DNA of 64,000 nucleotides from Vulcanimicrobiota bacterium (GCA_963833095.1 CAWHWQ010000001.1:768001-832000); one strand, 5' to 3'. Counted from the first letter of the stretch, positions 1-9,400 are shown. Program-made: numbers and translations. Notes: generated from the sequence alone by a model not told the origin.

Positions 1-648
1 CGCAATGGCGATGCCGGTCGAACCGGTCGACGCGTTGCTCACGAAGCGGATCGGATCGAAGGCCTCGCGCGTAGGACCCGCCGTCACCAGCACGCTGACG
101 CCGGCCAGGCGCTGCGTACGCGCGAGGACGCGCTCGAGTACCTCGAGCAGAGCCTCCTCACTCGCCAATCGCCCCACGCCGCTCTCGCGCTCGGCGAGAA
201 ATCCGCGCTCGGGATCGACGATCTCGCAGCCGCGCTCGCGCAGCGTGCGCAGATTCGCTTGCGTTGCCGGATGATCGTACATCGCCGAATTCATCGCGGG
301 CGCGATTACCAACGGAATGCGCGCGGCGAGCGCCGCCGCCGTCACCAAATCGTCGGCAATGCCTTGCGCGAGTTTCGCGATGCAATTCGCGGTTGCGGGC
401 GCAATGAGCATGACTTGCGCCTCGCGCACCAATCGAATGTGGGGAATGCGCTCGGGCGCGTCCCACAACGACGTGTAGACCGGTCGCGCGGTCAAGGACG
501 AAAAGGTCAAAGCGCCGACGAAGCGCTCAGCCTCTGCCGTCATGATGACGTCGACCGTTGCCCCACGCTGCACGAGCGTGCTGGTAAGCGCCGCAATTTT
601 GTACGCCGCGATTCCGCCACACACGCCGAGCAAAATGCGCGCGTTCAT
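1..648 (-). CDS. coaBC: bifunctional phosphopantothenoylcysteine decarboxylase/synthetase (N-terminal part, runs off window edge)
   Basis: Manual translation from ATG 648: MNARILLGVCGGIAAYK...IAPATAN...PAMNSAMY...VLVTAGPTREAFDPIRFVSNASTG. The start overlaps the panC stop (TGATG). Confidence 0.93.
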   Translation of the reverse strand, partial: MNARILLGVCGGIAAYKIAALTSTLVQRGATVDVIMTAEAERFVGALTFSSLTARPVYTSLWDAPERIPHIRLVREAQVMLIAPATANCIAKLAQGIADDLVTAAALAARIPLVIAPAMNSAMYDHPATQANLRTLRERGCEIVDPERGFLAERESGVGRLASEEALLEVLERVLARTQRLAGVSVLVTAGPTREAFDPIRFVSNASTGSTGIAIA

Positions 649-1472
649 CATTCGATCCAAAGGTTGTCGAGCAAGCGCGTCGTGCCGAATCGTGCAGCCC
701 CGATCACAAACGCGGGCGGTGAGAGCGTGTCGATCGGCGTGAACGAGTTGGCATCGACCACGTCGAGATAGTCGAGCTGCGCGAGCGGATGCAAGCGCGT
801 TCGTCCCGCGGAGATGGCGTCGGCTTTGGAACGACCGCTGGCCATCGCGAGACGCACTGCTTGCAATGCGTGATGCAGCGACGGCGCCGCTTCGCGCTCG
901 TCGGGCGAGAGGTAGGCATTGCGGCTCGACATCGCGAGGCCATCGGATTCGCGCTCCGTGGGCACGATCGTCACACTCGTCGGAATCTCCAGATCGCGAA
1001 TCATACGCCTCACGACGGCGGTCTGCTGCGCGTCCTTTTGGCCCAAATAGAGCACGTCGGGACGTACGACGTTGAGCAGCTTGCAGACGACCGTGGTCAC
1101 GCCGCGAAAGTGCCCCGGCCGGATTGCGCCCTCGAAGACGTCGGCGATGGGGCCGGCGTCGACCGAGGTAGAAAAATCGGGCGGGTACATGGCCGCCGAG
1201 CTCGGGGCGAAGAGCACGTCGACGCCGGCCTGGGCGAGCTTGGCGCGATCGCCGTCGGCGTCACGCGGATAGCGAGCGAGATCCTCCTCCGGCGCGAACT
1301 GCAGCGGATTGACGAAAACCGAGGCCGCCACCGCGACCGATTCGGCTCGTGCTCGACGAACCAGCGCGAGATGCCCCTCATGGAGCGCACCCATCGTCGG
1401 GACGAAGCCGAGCGGCCGGGGCAAGACGTCGAAAAGCGCATGTGCTTGCGAGATGGTCGAAGCGACTTGCAC
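648..1472 (-). CDS. panC: pantoate--beta-alanine ligase
   Basis: Motifs GFVPTMGALHEGH, FVNPLQF, RPGHFRGV, GQKDAQQ, GLAMSSRN, RLLDN. GTG start chosen at 1472. Confidence 0.95.
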   Translation of the reverse strand: MQVASTISQAHALFDVLPRPLGFVPTMGALHEGHLALVRRARAESVAVAASVFVNPLQFAPEEDLARYPRDADGDRAKLAQAGVDVLFAPSSAAMYPPDFSTSVDAGPIADVFEGAIRPGHFRGVTTVVCKLLNVVRPDVLYLGQKDAQQTAVVRRMIRDLEIPTSVTIVPTERESDGLAMSSRNAYLSPDEREAAPSLHHALQAVRLAMASGRSKADAISAGRTRLHPLAQLDYLDVVDANSFTPIDTLSPPAFVIGAARFGTTRLLDNLWIE

Positions 1473-1477
1473 GGTGG

Positions 1478-1771
1478 CTAGATACGCGTAACGCGGAGCA
1501 CCGTGCGACCGACCATGAAGGGAACCCCGATCTCGATTGCAGCGTCGCCGCTTACCAGCTCGCCGTTGACCTTGGTTCCGTTGCGGCTCTCGAGGTCGGT
1601 GAGATGCAAATTCTCCCCATCGATGCGAACGTGCGCGTGCTTGCGCGAGACGTAGCGATCGAGGGCTATACACGCCTGAGCCACCGAATCGTCGCGGCCG
1701 ATCGTGATTTCGCTTTCGAATGTCCAACTTTTTCCGTCGAGCGGTCCACTGAGGACCTCAAGCAGGTACAT
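1478..1771 (-). CDS. stand-alone FHA domain protein
   Basis: FHA signatures IGR, VSRKHA, DLESRNGTKVNG. Confidence 0.85.
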   Translation of the reverse strand: MYLLEVLSGPLDGKSWTFESEITIGRDDSVAQACIALDRYVSRKHAHVRIDGENLHLTDLESRNGTKVNGELVSGDAAIEIGVPFMVGRTVLRVTRI

Positions 1772-1876
1772 GGCGGCGAGCCCTTCTCTGGTGCAGCCGC
1801 CCGGCTCCTGGTCGCTGGGGGTGCCTGGTGTTAAGGGAGGCTAACAAAAAGCCCCGTCCGGACGATTACTCATAGG

Positions 1877-2098
1877 GTGACGATGAACGACCGGATCGAC
1901 GAGCTCCTCGAGCTCATAGAAGTGGAGCCGGATGCCCTACGAGAGGCAGAATTCCTGCAGGCGCAGGCGATTCTTGAGACTTTGGTGGGGAAATCCATCA
2001 CGGCCGCTGAGATCCAAGATACGCGTATCGTCATCACCACCAACGACGGCAATCGCTACTTTTTCTACGGTTTTTTGGGCGAGTCGCGAAACAGCTGA
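1877..2098 (+). CDS. small acidic hypothetical protein
   Basis: 73-aa ORF filling the gap between FHA and PilZ genes, with protein-like composition. Confidence 0.6.
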   Translation: MTMNDRIDELLELIEVEPDALREAEFLQAQAILETLVGKSITAAEIQDTRIVITTNDGNRYFFYGFLGESRNS

Positions 2099-2110
2099 CC
2101 GAGCTGCCTC

Positions 2111-2467
2111 TCATTTTGCGGGTTGTTTTGACGTCACGAAAGCGGCGATCTTCTCATGATCGCCTGACGTGTATTGCGTAAACGCTACACCGTGCGCGTA
2201 ACGTTTGTTGGCGGCGTCGAAGAACGTTAGCGCAATCTTCGCCCGAACCAGCATCTCACGATCTACTTCCGGCAGTGTAAAGCGCAGCACGATCGGCTGC
2301 CCGGCTGGAAGGTCGGTGGTGGTCGTAATGCGCATGCCGCCGCGACTGATATCGACAGCGGCTCCGCTCAGCACCAATTCATGCCCGGGGACGATGATCG
2401 TGACCGGGAAGTCCACTACGGCGCGGAAGAACCGGCGCTCGTGCAAGTGATCCTCTTGAGTACTCAC
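2111..2467 (-). CDS. stand-alone PilZ domain protein
   Basis: c-di-GMP-binding motifs RxxxR (RRFFR) and DxSxxG (DISRGG). Confidence 0.85.
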   Translation of the reverse strand: MSTQEDHLHERRFFRAVVDFPVTIIVPGHELVLSGAAVDISRGGMRITTTTDLPAGQPIVLRFTLPEVDREMLVRAKIALTFFDAANKRYAHGVAFTQYTSGDHEKIAAFVTSKQPAK

Positions 2468-2503
2468 CGCTGACGGTTCTTCTCTGCTACGGCGGCGCGG
2501 CCT

Positions 2504-3751
2504 TCAGGCCATCACCGCTTGTGCGGCGAGCAATGCGCCAAGCATCGCGTGCTCAGCGACGATTCCGCCCTGGAGATATACCTCAAATGGCGCTCGCAGC
2601 GGCGCGTCACAGGAAAGCTCGATCGTCGCACCGCCGACGAAGGCGCCGCTCGACATCACCACGGGATCCACGTAGCCTGGTACCGGCCCCGGTTCCGGAC
2701 GAAAGCGCGCATTAAGCGGCATCGCGGTTTGTAAACCAGCGGTAAAGCGCAAGAGCCGCTGTTCATCGCCCAGACGAATCGCTTGCACGATGTCGGTGCG
2801 CACCGCTCCCGGCTGCGGATCGACCTCGAAACCGAGTTCCGCGAAAAGCGCAGCCGCGAAATCGAGACCGCGCAGCGTCTGCTCGACGACCGCCGGCGCA
2901 ATAAACAGCCCTTGCACGAACGCGCGTCCGAAACCAAACGTGGGCCCAAGTCCGCCGAGAAGGCCTGGAGCGTATAAGCGGGCGCTCACACGCTCGACGA
3001 GATCGGCTCGGCCGGCAACGTAGCCGCCGCCCGGCGCAAGCGAGCCGCCGAGATTCTTGATCAGCGATCCCAGCACGAGATCGGCACCATCGTGCGTGGG
3101 CTCGCGCTCTTCAACGAGTTCACCGTAGCAGTTGTCAACCAGCACCGCAACCTGCGGCGCGACGCGCTTTACCCGCTCCGTCACCTGCGCACAGGCCGCG
3201 ACGTCGAGCGACGGCCGCGGCGCGTAGCCGCGCGAGCGTTGCACGAAGACGACGCTCGCGTCGTCTTGCGCTGCTGCTGCGGCAATCGCGTCGAGATCCG
3301 GCATTCCGTCGCCGCGCAGGCCGATCTCTTGGTAGAGCACTCCCTGCGAAACAAGCGAGTAGTCGGCATCGCAAATGGCGTTGCGCAGCGTGTCGTAGGG
3401 ACGCCCTGCGGCCGCGATGAGACGGCCACCGGGTGGAACGCAAGCGGCAAGCGCGGTCACAATGGCGTGCGTTCCGCTCACGATCGAGAGGCGCGCCAGC
3501 GCGCGCTGTGCGCCAAGGATGCGCGCGAGGAGCGATTCGTAGCGTTCTCTCGCTGTATCGTCATAGCCATAGCCGCTCGAACCGGCAAGATCGCTGTCGT
3601 TGATGCCTTCATCGAAAAACGCGCGCAGCACGCGCGCTTTGACGCGCTCCTGGGCTGGATAGGTCAGCGCGCGGGTGCGCTCGTAGGCGCGCATTCCCGC
3701 CGCGCGAACGCGCTCGTCGATCGCAAACGTGTCACACAGCAATTCGATCAT
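2504..3751 (-). CDS. methionine gamma-lyase-like / aluminium-resistance (YnbB) family PLP enzyme
   Basis: Motifs GSSGYGYDD, SGTHAI, QRSRGY, DNCYGE, GSLIKNLGG, TIELSCDAPLR. ATG at 3751. Confidence 0.85.
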   Translation of the reverse strand: MIELLCDTFAIDERVRAAGMRAYERTRALTYPAQERVKARVLRAFFDEGINDSDLAGSSGYGYDDTARERYESLLARILGAQRALARLSIVSGTHAIVTALAACVPPGGRLIAAAGRPYDTLRNAICDADYSLVSQGVLYQEIGLRGDGMPDLDAIAAAAAQDDASVVFVQRSRGYAPRPSLDVAACAQVTERVKRVAPQVAVLVDNCYGELVEEREPTHDGADLVLGSLIKNLGGSLAPGGGYVAGRADLVERVSARLYAPGLLGGLGPTFGFGRAFVQGLFIAPAVVEQTLRGLDFAAALFAELGFEVDPQPGAVRTDIVQAIRLGDEQRLLRFTAGLQTAMPLNARFRPEPGPVPGYVDPVVMSSGAFVGGATIELSCDAPLRAPFEVYLQGGIVAEHAMLGALLAAQAVMA

Positions 3752-4928
3752 ATTGCGGCCTCGAATGCGCGTGGAGATGCCGTTCGTACGCGCGCACGAA
3801 GGGCAGATAGATTGCGGTCGCAAGCGCAACGTTAACCGCAACGAGTGCCGCGGCGCGAAGATCGAGCGTCGCAATATAGGTCGAGATCAGCGTGGGAATC
3901 GACGAGGGCACGTAGTAGATGGCGCGCCCTACCCAGCCCCAATCAACGGCAAGATAGGTCGTCGTCGCAAGCACGATAGGCGCCACGATAAAAGGCGGCA
4001 CCAAGAACGGATTGAGCACGACCGGCACCGCAAAGAGCAGCGGTTCATTCGCGTTAAAGATCGCCGGCACGATCGTTGCGCGCCCCACGGTGCGTAACCG
4101 CGGGACGCGCGAGAGCGCGAGCAGCGCCGCGAGCGGCAGCGTCGAACCCGCGCCGCCCGGGAAGATAAAAAGGAAGAGCGAGACGACGACGATGTGCGGC
4201 AAGGCAGTGTGATGCGCGAACGCGAGCGTGTTCTGCGCTTGCAACGTGAGATAGACCGGCGTTACCACGGCAGCGAGCAACGCCGGTCCGTGCATTCCGA
4301 TCGTCCAAAGCAGCGTCTGCACGACGACGATGACGATCAGCGCGACGTAGGTATCGCCGAGTTGTCCCAGCGGCTGGATCAGCGCCGTAAACGCGGCGGC
4401 GACCGAGACGTGCAGCGCGCGCAGTGCGAGCGCAAGAGCGACCGTGATGCCCGCACCGGCCCATGCGTTTCGCGTCACGCGCGCGCCAATGGCGACCAGT
4501 CCGCACGCAGCCATCGCGATGAACAAACCGCTTGGGCCCACGCTACGCAGATAGGTCAGCAGCGAACCGGAATACGCGGGAAGCGCCAGCAGATAGCCCA
4601 CCGTCGAGCCGGCAATGGTGGCAATTGGATCGAGCTGCGCTCGACGGGCATAAAACCACCCCAGCGTCGGAGCCAAGACGAGGCCCATGATGCCAAACGC
4701 GGGGAGGAGGCCCGCCGACACGCGTAGCCCGAGCGAGGGGCCGATCAGCGGACCGGGGACGTGAACGAACGGGACGATCACGAGAAAGGCCACGAGCAGC
4801 CCCGCGAAGCTCCAGGGTAGGGCCTCGCGCGTCGCGGCTAAGAAAGGAAGCTCGGCGACGGCTTGGAGGGCCGCGAAGCGGTTAGAGGCGGCGGACGACG
4901 GCTTCGACGCGGCCGATGATCTCGACAT
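3732..4928 (-). CDS. PTS transporter EIIC subunit (lactose/cellobiose CelB family); start uncertain
   Basis: Polytopic protein with LLWTIGMHG, GGAGSTL and PAIFNANEPLLFAVPVVLNP. The ORF start overlaps the lexA 3' end. Confidence 0.75.
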   Translation of the reverse strand: MSRSSAASKPSSAASNRFAALQAVAELPFLAATREALPWSFAGLLVAFLVIVPFVHVPGPLIGPSLGLRVSAGLLPAFGIMGLVLAPTLGWFYARRAQLDPIATIAGSTVGYLLALPAYSGSLLTYLRSVGPSGLFIAMAACGLVAIGARVTRNAWAGAGITVALALALRALHVSVAAAFTALIQPLGQLGDTYVALIVIVVVQTLLWTIGMHGPALLAAVVTPVYLTLQAQNTLAFAHHTALPHIVVVSLFLFIFPGGAGSTLPLAALLALSRVPRLRTVGRATIVPAIFNANEPLLFAVPVVLNPFLVPPFIVAPIVLATTTYLAVDWGWVGRAIYYVPSSIPTLISTYIATLDLRAAALVAVNVALATAIYLPFVRAYERHLHAHSRPQYDRIAV

Positions 4929-5499
4929 CGCTCGCGTAGATTGGCGCCATGCTGCGATTCTCCGGCTGAAGCCGGATTCGGCCGTCCTCGCGATAGTAGC
5001 GTTTCACGGTGGCTTCACCGTCGAGCATCGCGACCACGATTTCGCCGTCGCGCGCGACACGCTGCGGTCGCACCATGATCAGATCCCCATCGAGAATGGC
5101 CGCCTCAATCATCGAGTCGCCTTGAACGCGGAGCATGAACGCGTCCGAAATACGCGGCACGAACGATGCGGGCAACACAAACTCGCCTTCGAGATGCTCC
5201 TCGGCCAGGATGGGCGTGCCGGCGGCCACCTTGCCGACGATCGGCATGACGATGCTTTCGGGCACGGGCGAGGAGCCCAAACCCAAGTCAGAACGCAGCG
5301 CGCGGGGTTTGGTGGGGTCGCGCAGGATAAGTCCACGGCGCTCGAGCGCCTTGAGATGCGCGTGAATGGTGGATGAAGATGAAAGGCCAACACGTTCGCC
5401 GATCTCACGAACCGAAGGCGGGTACCCGCGTTCAACCGTGAAGGCGCGAATCACGTCGAGGATCCGCTGCTGTCGTTCCGTCGCTGGTTTGTCGGTCAA
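4882..5499 (-). CDS. lexA: SOS transcriptional repressor LexA
   Basis: wHTH GYPPSVREIGERVGLSSSSTIHAHL, AG cleavage site (VAAG), catalytic GDSM and ATVK. TTG start with GGAGG SD. Confidence 0.97.
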   Translation of the reverse strand: MTDKPATERQQRILDVIRAFTVERGYPPSVREIGERVGLSSSSTIHAHLKALERRGLILRDPTKPRALRSDLGLGSSPVPESIVMPIVGKVAAGTPILAEEHLEGEFVLPASFVPRISDAFMLRVQGDSMIEAAILDGDLIMVRPQRVARDGEIVVAMLDGEATVKRYYREDGRIRLQPENRSMAPIYASDVEIIGRVEAVVRRL

Positions 5500-5556
5500 G
5501 GCTCCCTCCGGATTGTGCAGCGCAATGCCACCCGTATGGCATGGGTTTGCTTTACA

Positions 5557-5585
5557 ACCCTAGCACAGGGTATTCAAAAAGGCAA
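5557..5585 (-). promoter_or_regulatory. putative sigma70 promoter of lexA
   Basis: Minus strand TTGCCT-N17-TAGGGT with TG upstream of the -10. The -35 overlaps SOS box 1. Confidence 0.5.
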
Positions 5586-5596
5586 ACATACGTTCG
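5583..5596. promoter_or_regulatory. putative LexA operator (SOS box 1)
   Basis: CAAACATACGTTCG (reverse complement CGAACGTATGTTTG), GAAC-N4-GTTY type. Confidence 0.75.
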
Positions 5597-5604
5597 GCTC
5601 ACGC

Positions 5605-5635
5605 TTGACAGCTCGTGGCCTCCGTGTGGTAAAAT
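5605..5635 (+). promoter_or_regulatory. putative sigma70 promoter of the LysM gene
   Basis: TTGACA at 5605-5610 and extended -10 TGgTAAAAT at 5627-5635. The 19-bp spacer is long. Confidence 0.5.
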
Positions 5636-5643
5636 CTTGGGGA

Positions 5644-5657
5644 CGAACAGTTGTTTG
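5644..5657. promoter_or_regulatory. putative LexA operator (SOS box 2)
   Basis: CGAACAGTTGTTTG. Confidence 0.75.
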
Positions 5658-5683
5658 GCCCAAGATGTGGGTAAATTGGTAGT

Positions 5684-5697
5684 CGAACACTCGTTTG
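5684..5697. promoter_or_regulatory. putative LexA operator (SOS box 3)
   Basis: CGAACACTCGTTTG, 40 bp after box 2. Confidence 0.75.
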
Positions 5698-5715
5698 GCA
5701 CAAGATATGGAAGGG

Positions 5716-5739
5716 CTCTTCGACATGCTCAGGGTGACA
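5716..5739 (-). repeat. REP-like dispersed repeat, short copy
   Basis: Reverse complement TGTCACCCTGAGCATGTCGAAGAG, matching copies at 6036 and 11363. Confidence 0.65.
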
Positions 5740-5751
5740 GGGAGAAGTTCT

Positions 5752-6033
5752 GTGGCGACGCGCAAACGGTTCACGCTCATGCCCGCAATCGCGATTGCTT
5801 CGCTCAGTTTGATGGTGACGGTGCCGGCGCTTTCGAGCATGCATCTCTCCGCAGCAACGGCGCAGCGCTACGCGACGGTGACAGTGCAGCCCGGCGATAC
5901 GCTTTGGTCGATTGCTTCGGCACATACAACGGGAAGCGCCGACGTCCAAGAGACGATCGATCAGATCAGCGCCGCGAACCATCTCCAAGCATCGATGCTG
6001 CTTCCCGGCGAAAAGCTCCGCATCCCCGAATAA
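5752..6033 (+). CDS. LysM domain protein, YneA-like putative SOS cell-division inhibitor
   Basis: N-terminal hydrophobic segment, then LysM (VTVQPGDTLWSIA...LLPGEKLRIP). Divergent from lexA; GTG start follows GGAG. Confidence 0.85.
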   Translation: MATRKRFTLMPAIAIASLSLMVTVPALSSMHLSAATAQRYATVTVQPGDTLWSIASAHTTGSADVQETIDQISAANHLQASMLLPGEKLRIPE

Positions 6034-6035
6034 AT

Positions 6036-6074
6036 TGTCATCCCGAGCGTAGCGCGAAGCGCGTAGTCGAGGGA
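6036..6074 (+). repeat. REP-like dispersed repeat
   Basis: TGTCATCCCGAGCGTAGCGCGAAGCGCGTAGTCGAGGGA. Confidence 0.7.
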
Positions 6075-6083
6075 CTGAATCAT

Positions 6084-6114
6084 AAAAGCCGCAGCGATGC
6101 GGCTCTTTCTTTTT
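6084..6114 (+). terminator. intrinsic terminator after the LysM gene (possibly bidirectional)
   Basis: AGCCGCA-GCGA-TGCGGCT hairpin followed by CTTTCTTTTT. Confidence 0.7.
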
Positions 6115-6337
6115 ATTGGCGGCGACTAACAAGAACGATTGAGTGGCCGGTGTGATCGTCCAAGAACTGCAGGCCCTCCATCATCCACGTGTCGAGCCCG
6201 TCGCCCGAATGTTTGGCGACTTCGCGTACCACATGTACCCGATCGCGCAGCCACGCAAGTTCACTTCGCGTCGTCGTGGGGAAGATCGCGACTTCGCAAT
6301 CCTCGCATTGATATCCGTATTGCATTGTCGTTTCCAT
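6113..6337 (-). CDS. small hypothetical protein with CxxC and HxxH (possible Zn binding)
   Basis: YQCEDCE...LDDHTGHS. Start at 6337 or 6325. Confidence 0.65.
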   Translation of the reverse strand: METTMQYGYQCEDCEVAIFPTTTRSELAWLRDRVHVVREVAKHSGDGLDTWMMEGLQFLDDHTGHSIVLVSRRQ

Positions 6338-6344
6338 GCGACGG

Positions 6345-6382
6345 AACAAGAAAGGGGCCCTCGCGGTTGCGAGAGCCCCTTT
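6345..6382 (-). terminator. intrinsic terminator after the TonB-dependent receptor
   Basis: Minus-strand hairpin AAAGGGGCTCTCGC-AACC-GCGAGGGCCCCTTT followed by CTTGTT. Confidence 0.7.
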
Positions 6383-6416
6383 CCGTTCACGAACGGTTTG
6401 CGCTAAGCAGTGACGC

Positions 6417-9400
6417 TTAGAGTTTGACCGTTACCGTGAAGTAGGCATTGAACGGCAGGGGCAATTGCGCACCGGCCGCACCGTCAGCTGCCGGCGAACC
6501 GGTCAACGGGCGGTAGCTTTGGAACAGGAAGTTGTACGGTTGCACGCCGCCGTTGGCGACTGCATCGTACGTTGACGGGTTGCCTGCCGTCAGCTGTCCA
6601 GCTCCGTTTTGGAAGTTGGAGATGTACTCTCCGTTGGGCTCGTATCCGCAGACCGCCTGACCCGCCGGATAGGCGCTGGCCCACGCCTGCTTCGTGCCAC
6701 CAAAGCACGAGTGGAAGACGTTGGCCAAGGTCAACTGCGCGCTGATCCGCGGTGAGAGGTCATACGAGATTTGGATGTTGCCGGTCACAACGCTCGGCTC
6801 GCGGAACGCGCCGAGTGTCGCAAACGATCCCGTTTGCGGATTCGGGATATACAGGTACCCAATCGGCGAGGCCGAGGTTCCTTGCAGTGACGTGTAGTCG
6901 CACTGCTGAGGATTCGTGCCTGCCGTCACGATCGGAACGGTCGCGTTAGCCGAGTTGTTTGCACACTCGCGCGGGTCGTAACCGATAACGTCGTACGGCG
7001 TGCCGTACGAGGTGCCTTCCGTGAACTGGACGCTCGGCGTGATCGCAAGCTTGTTCTTGCGATAGTTCAGGACGATCGAGCCAACCCACGGTGAGTCGTA
7101 GTATCCCGGATCCGTGTTAACGCCCGTCTGAAGCAGATAGGACGTTGCCGGATACCAACCGTTGGGATCCAGCGTCCCTTGCGGACTTGCGTTGTAATAC
7201 GGGTTCAGGATCGCGGTGGGCGCCGCGCACGACGATGCCGTGCCCGGTGCCCCAGGCGCAGCCGGGGTGTAGCACGGCGAGCCACCGCCGGCCTTGGTGA
7301 GCAGGTTGAACTGAGAGATGGCATTGTTGATGCCATTGATTTGGTTGGGCAGATCTCCGCCGAACTCGCTGCGATACTGCATCTTGTTGTTGTCGTATGC
7401 AAGCGAGACTTGACCGGAGAGGCCGTTACGGCTGAAGTCGCCCTTCTGCACGCCCAGCTCGACGCCGTAGTTGCGCGTCACACCAACCGGAACTTGCGTC
7501 ACGAAGCCTTGGCCGATGAAGGCGTCGGCTTGATATCCGTTCGTAAAGCTGTAGAACGGCGTGAGTTTGAAGCTCAGGTCGCTTCCGCGAATGTGGCGTT
7601 CGAGTGAGAGGTCGTACTGCGCTGACGACTGCGCCGGGATCGCGTGGAAGGGCGAGAAGAACCCGAGGTTCTCGAAGTTGCCCCACAACGTGTTACCGGC
7701 ACCCGACGAGTACAGGTACTGCACCGACGCCGAAATCGGCGGCTCGGTGTAGCGACCGGCCGAAATGCGCCAGACGGTGTCCGGCGATTCCGTGTACGTT
7801 GCCGATGCGCGCAGCGAGTAGAAGCTCTGCGGATACGAACTTGGCGACGCCGCCGTGAAGTTCGGAACCGTGAACGAGCTCGTTTGCGTTTGATCGCCGT
7901 TCGGGTGGACGTAGGTTACGCCCGCCGGAATGACGACGCCGGCAGCCGTGAGGCCGGCATTACAGTTGCCGTTGATGTACTGGAGCGGCGCAGGCGGCGG
8001 GACGCCGGGCGGTAATGGTTCGCCGGCGACGCCGTAGGACGGATTCCAGCACGTGTACTTGTTCACGATCTGCGCGTAGAACTGGTTCGCAGTCGTGTTG
8101 CTGTCGGCGAGATCGTACAGGTAATCTTCGTAGCGAAGACCACCGCTGATCAGCCATTTGTCGTTGGGACGGAAGTCGTCGGTCAACGACACGAAGGTGA
8201 ACTTCGGTTGCACCGTATTAAAGGTACCCGAAGCGTTGCCTTGCCACAGGGTATCCCAGTTTGCACCGGCGGCAGTACCGGCCGGTCCAACGGGGCCGGT
8301 GGGCCCAGCAACCGAGTTGCTCTTATACGAGCTCGAGTAGCACGGGACAGCCGTGTCGTAGCCTGGACTGGCCGCATTCTCGTTCCAACACGTCCATTGA
8401 CCGCCAGCTTGGCTGATCGCACCAATTGGCGAGGCTTCGCCGAGGTAGCCCGTGTTATTGAAGCGGGTTACGTTGGCTGATGTGAAGTTGCCCGTCAACT
8501 GCACGAGGTTTTGTGCATTGAACTGATCGGCGAACTGGAGTTCACCGCCGGCCGTGTGCGTGATGAGATCGTAGTTCGGCGAGATACCGGTGCTGTAGTC
8601 AGCATCGTATCCGGCCGCGTCGATCGCGCCCGCTTGCGTCCAGTCCGAGAAGAACGTGTACGCAAATGCACGGATGTACGAGTGATCCGAGAGTTCGTGC
8701 GTGTACTGCGCTTTGACGATCCCGGTGTCGTTCCAGTAGTTGTCCGGCTGGTCGGCCGGAATCGTCGCGAAGGGCGCGCGATTGGTCGGGCTGGACGGCT
8801 GGTAGTAGTTCTCCAGCGTCAGACCCGAGATCGGGGTGCCGAATGCACCGTTATAGACCTGCGCGTCGACGAACGACGCGCCGGGTCCGGCTGCGCCGGT
8901 TGTCAACACGGATTGCAGTTCCTGACCGTACGTCAGGCCGCTTCCGTCGTTGAGCGGCTGCGAACCGAGATCGTTTGCGCTGCTGTAGAGGAACGTTTTG
9001 AGCGATGACGAGCTGTAGAGCAGCTGGATGTCATCGCGCAGACCGTTCTTGCGCGGGATCCCGAAGTGGAAGTTGACCACGTTTTCGCGGTCGCTGATCA
9101 TCGACGCTGCACCGATGAGGCCGAAGTACGGGATTAAGCATCCCGTCGGGGCCGGATAAGCCGTCGTTGAAGCGACCGGGTTAACCGTGGGAACGCCGTT
9201 TGCCGCGTTTTGACACGCGACTTGGGGACCCTCGACCAACGTGTTAAACGAGAGATCCGGCGAGAAGAAATCCGGGAGGATACTGTAGCTCTCGAATACT
9301 CCGCCCGGACCCATGTAGCTCGAACCGTTGTTATTGTCGATCACGCGGTTGGCTTGATTGTATCCGCTGATGCCGACGTAGTAGCTGAAGTTACGGTCAG

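Noticed and set aside
5644..5710. Two similar ~27-bp units 40 bp apart, as a possible mini-CRISPR
   Set aside because: Only two degenerate copies with a spacer far too short and no cas genes. Better explained as duplicated LexA operators.
2504..6033. ynbB-like gene, lexA and LysM linkage as a novel arrangement
   Set aside because: Similar neighbourhoods are familiar from Firmicutes. Only the inserted EIIC and the operator details were kept as findings.
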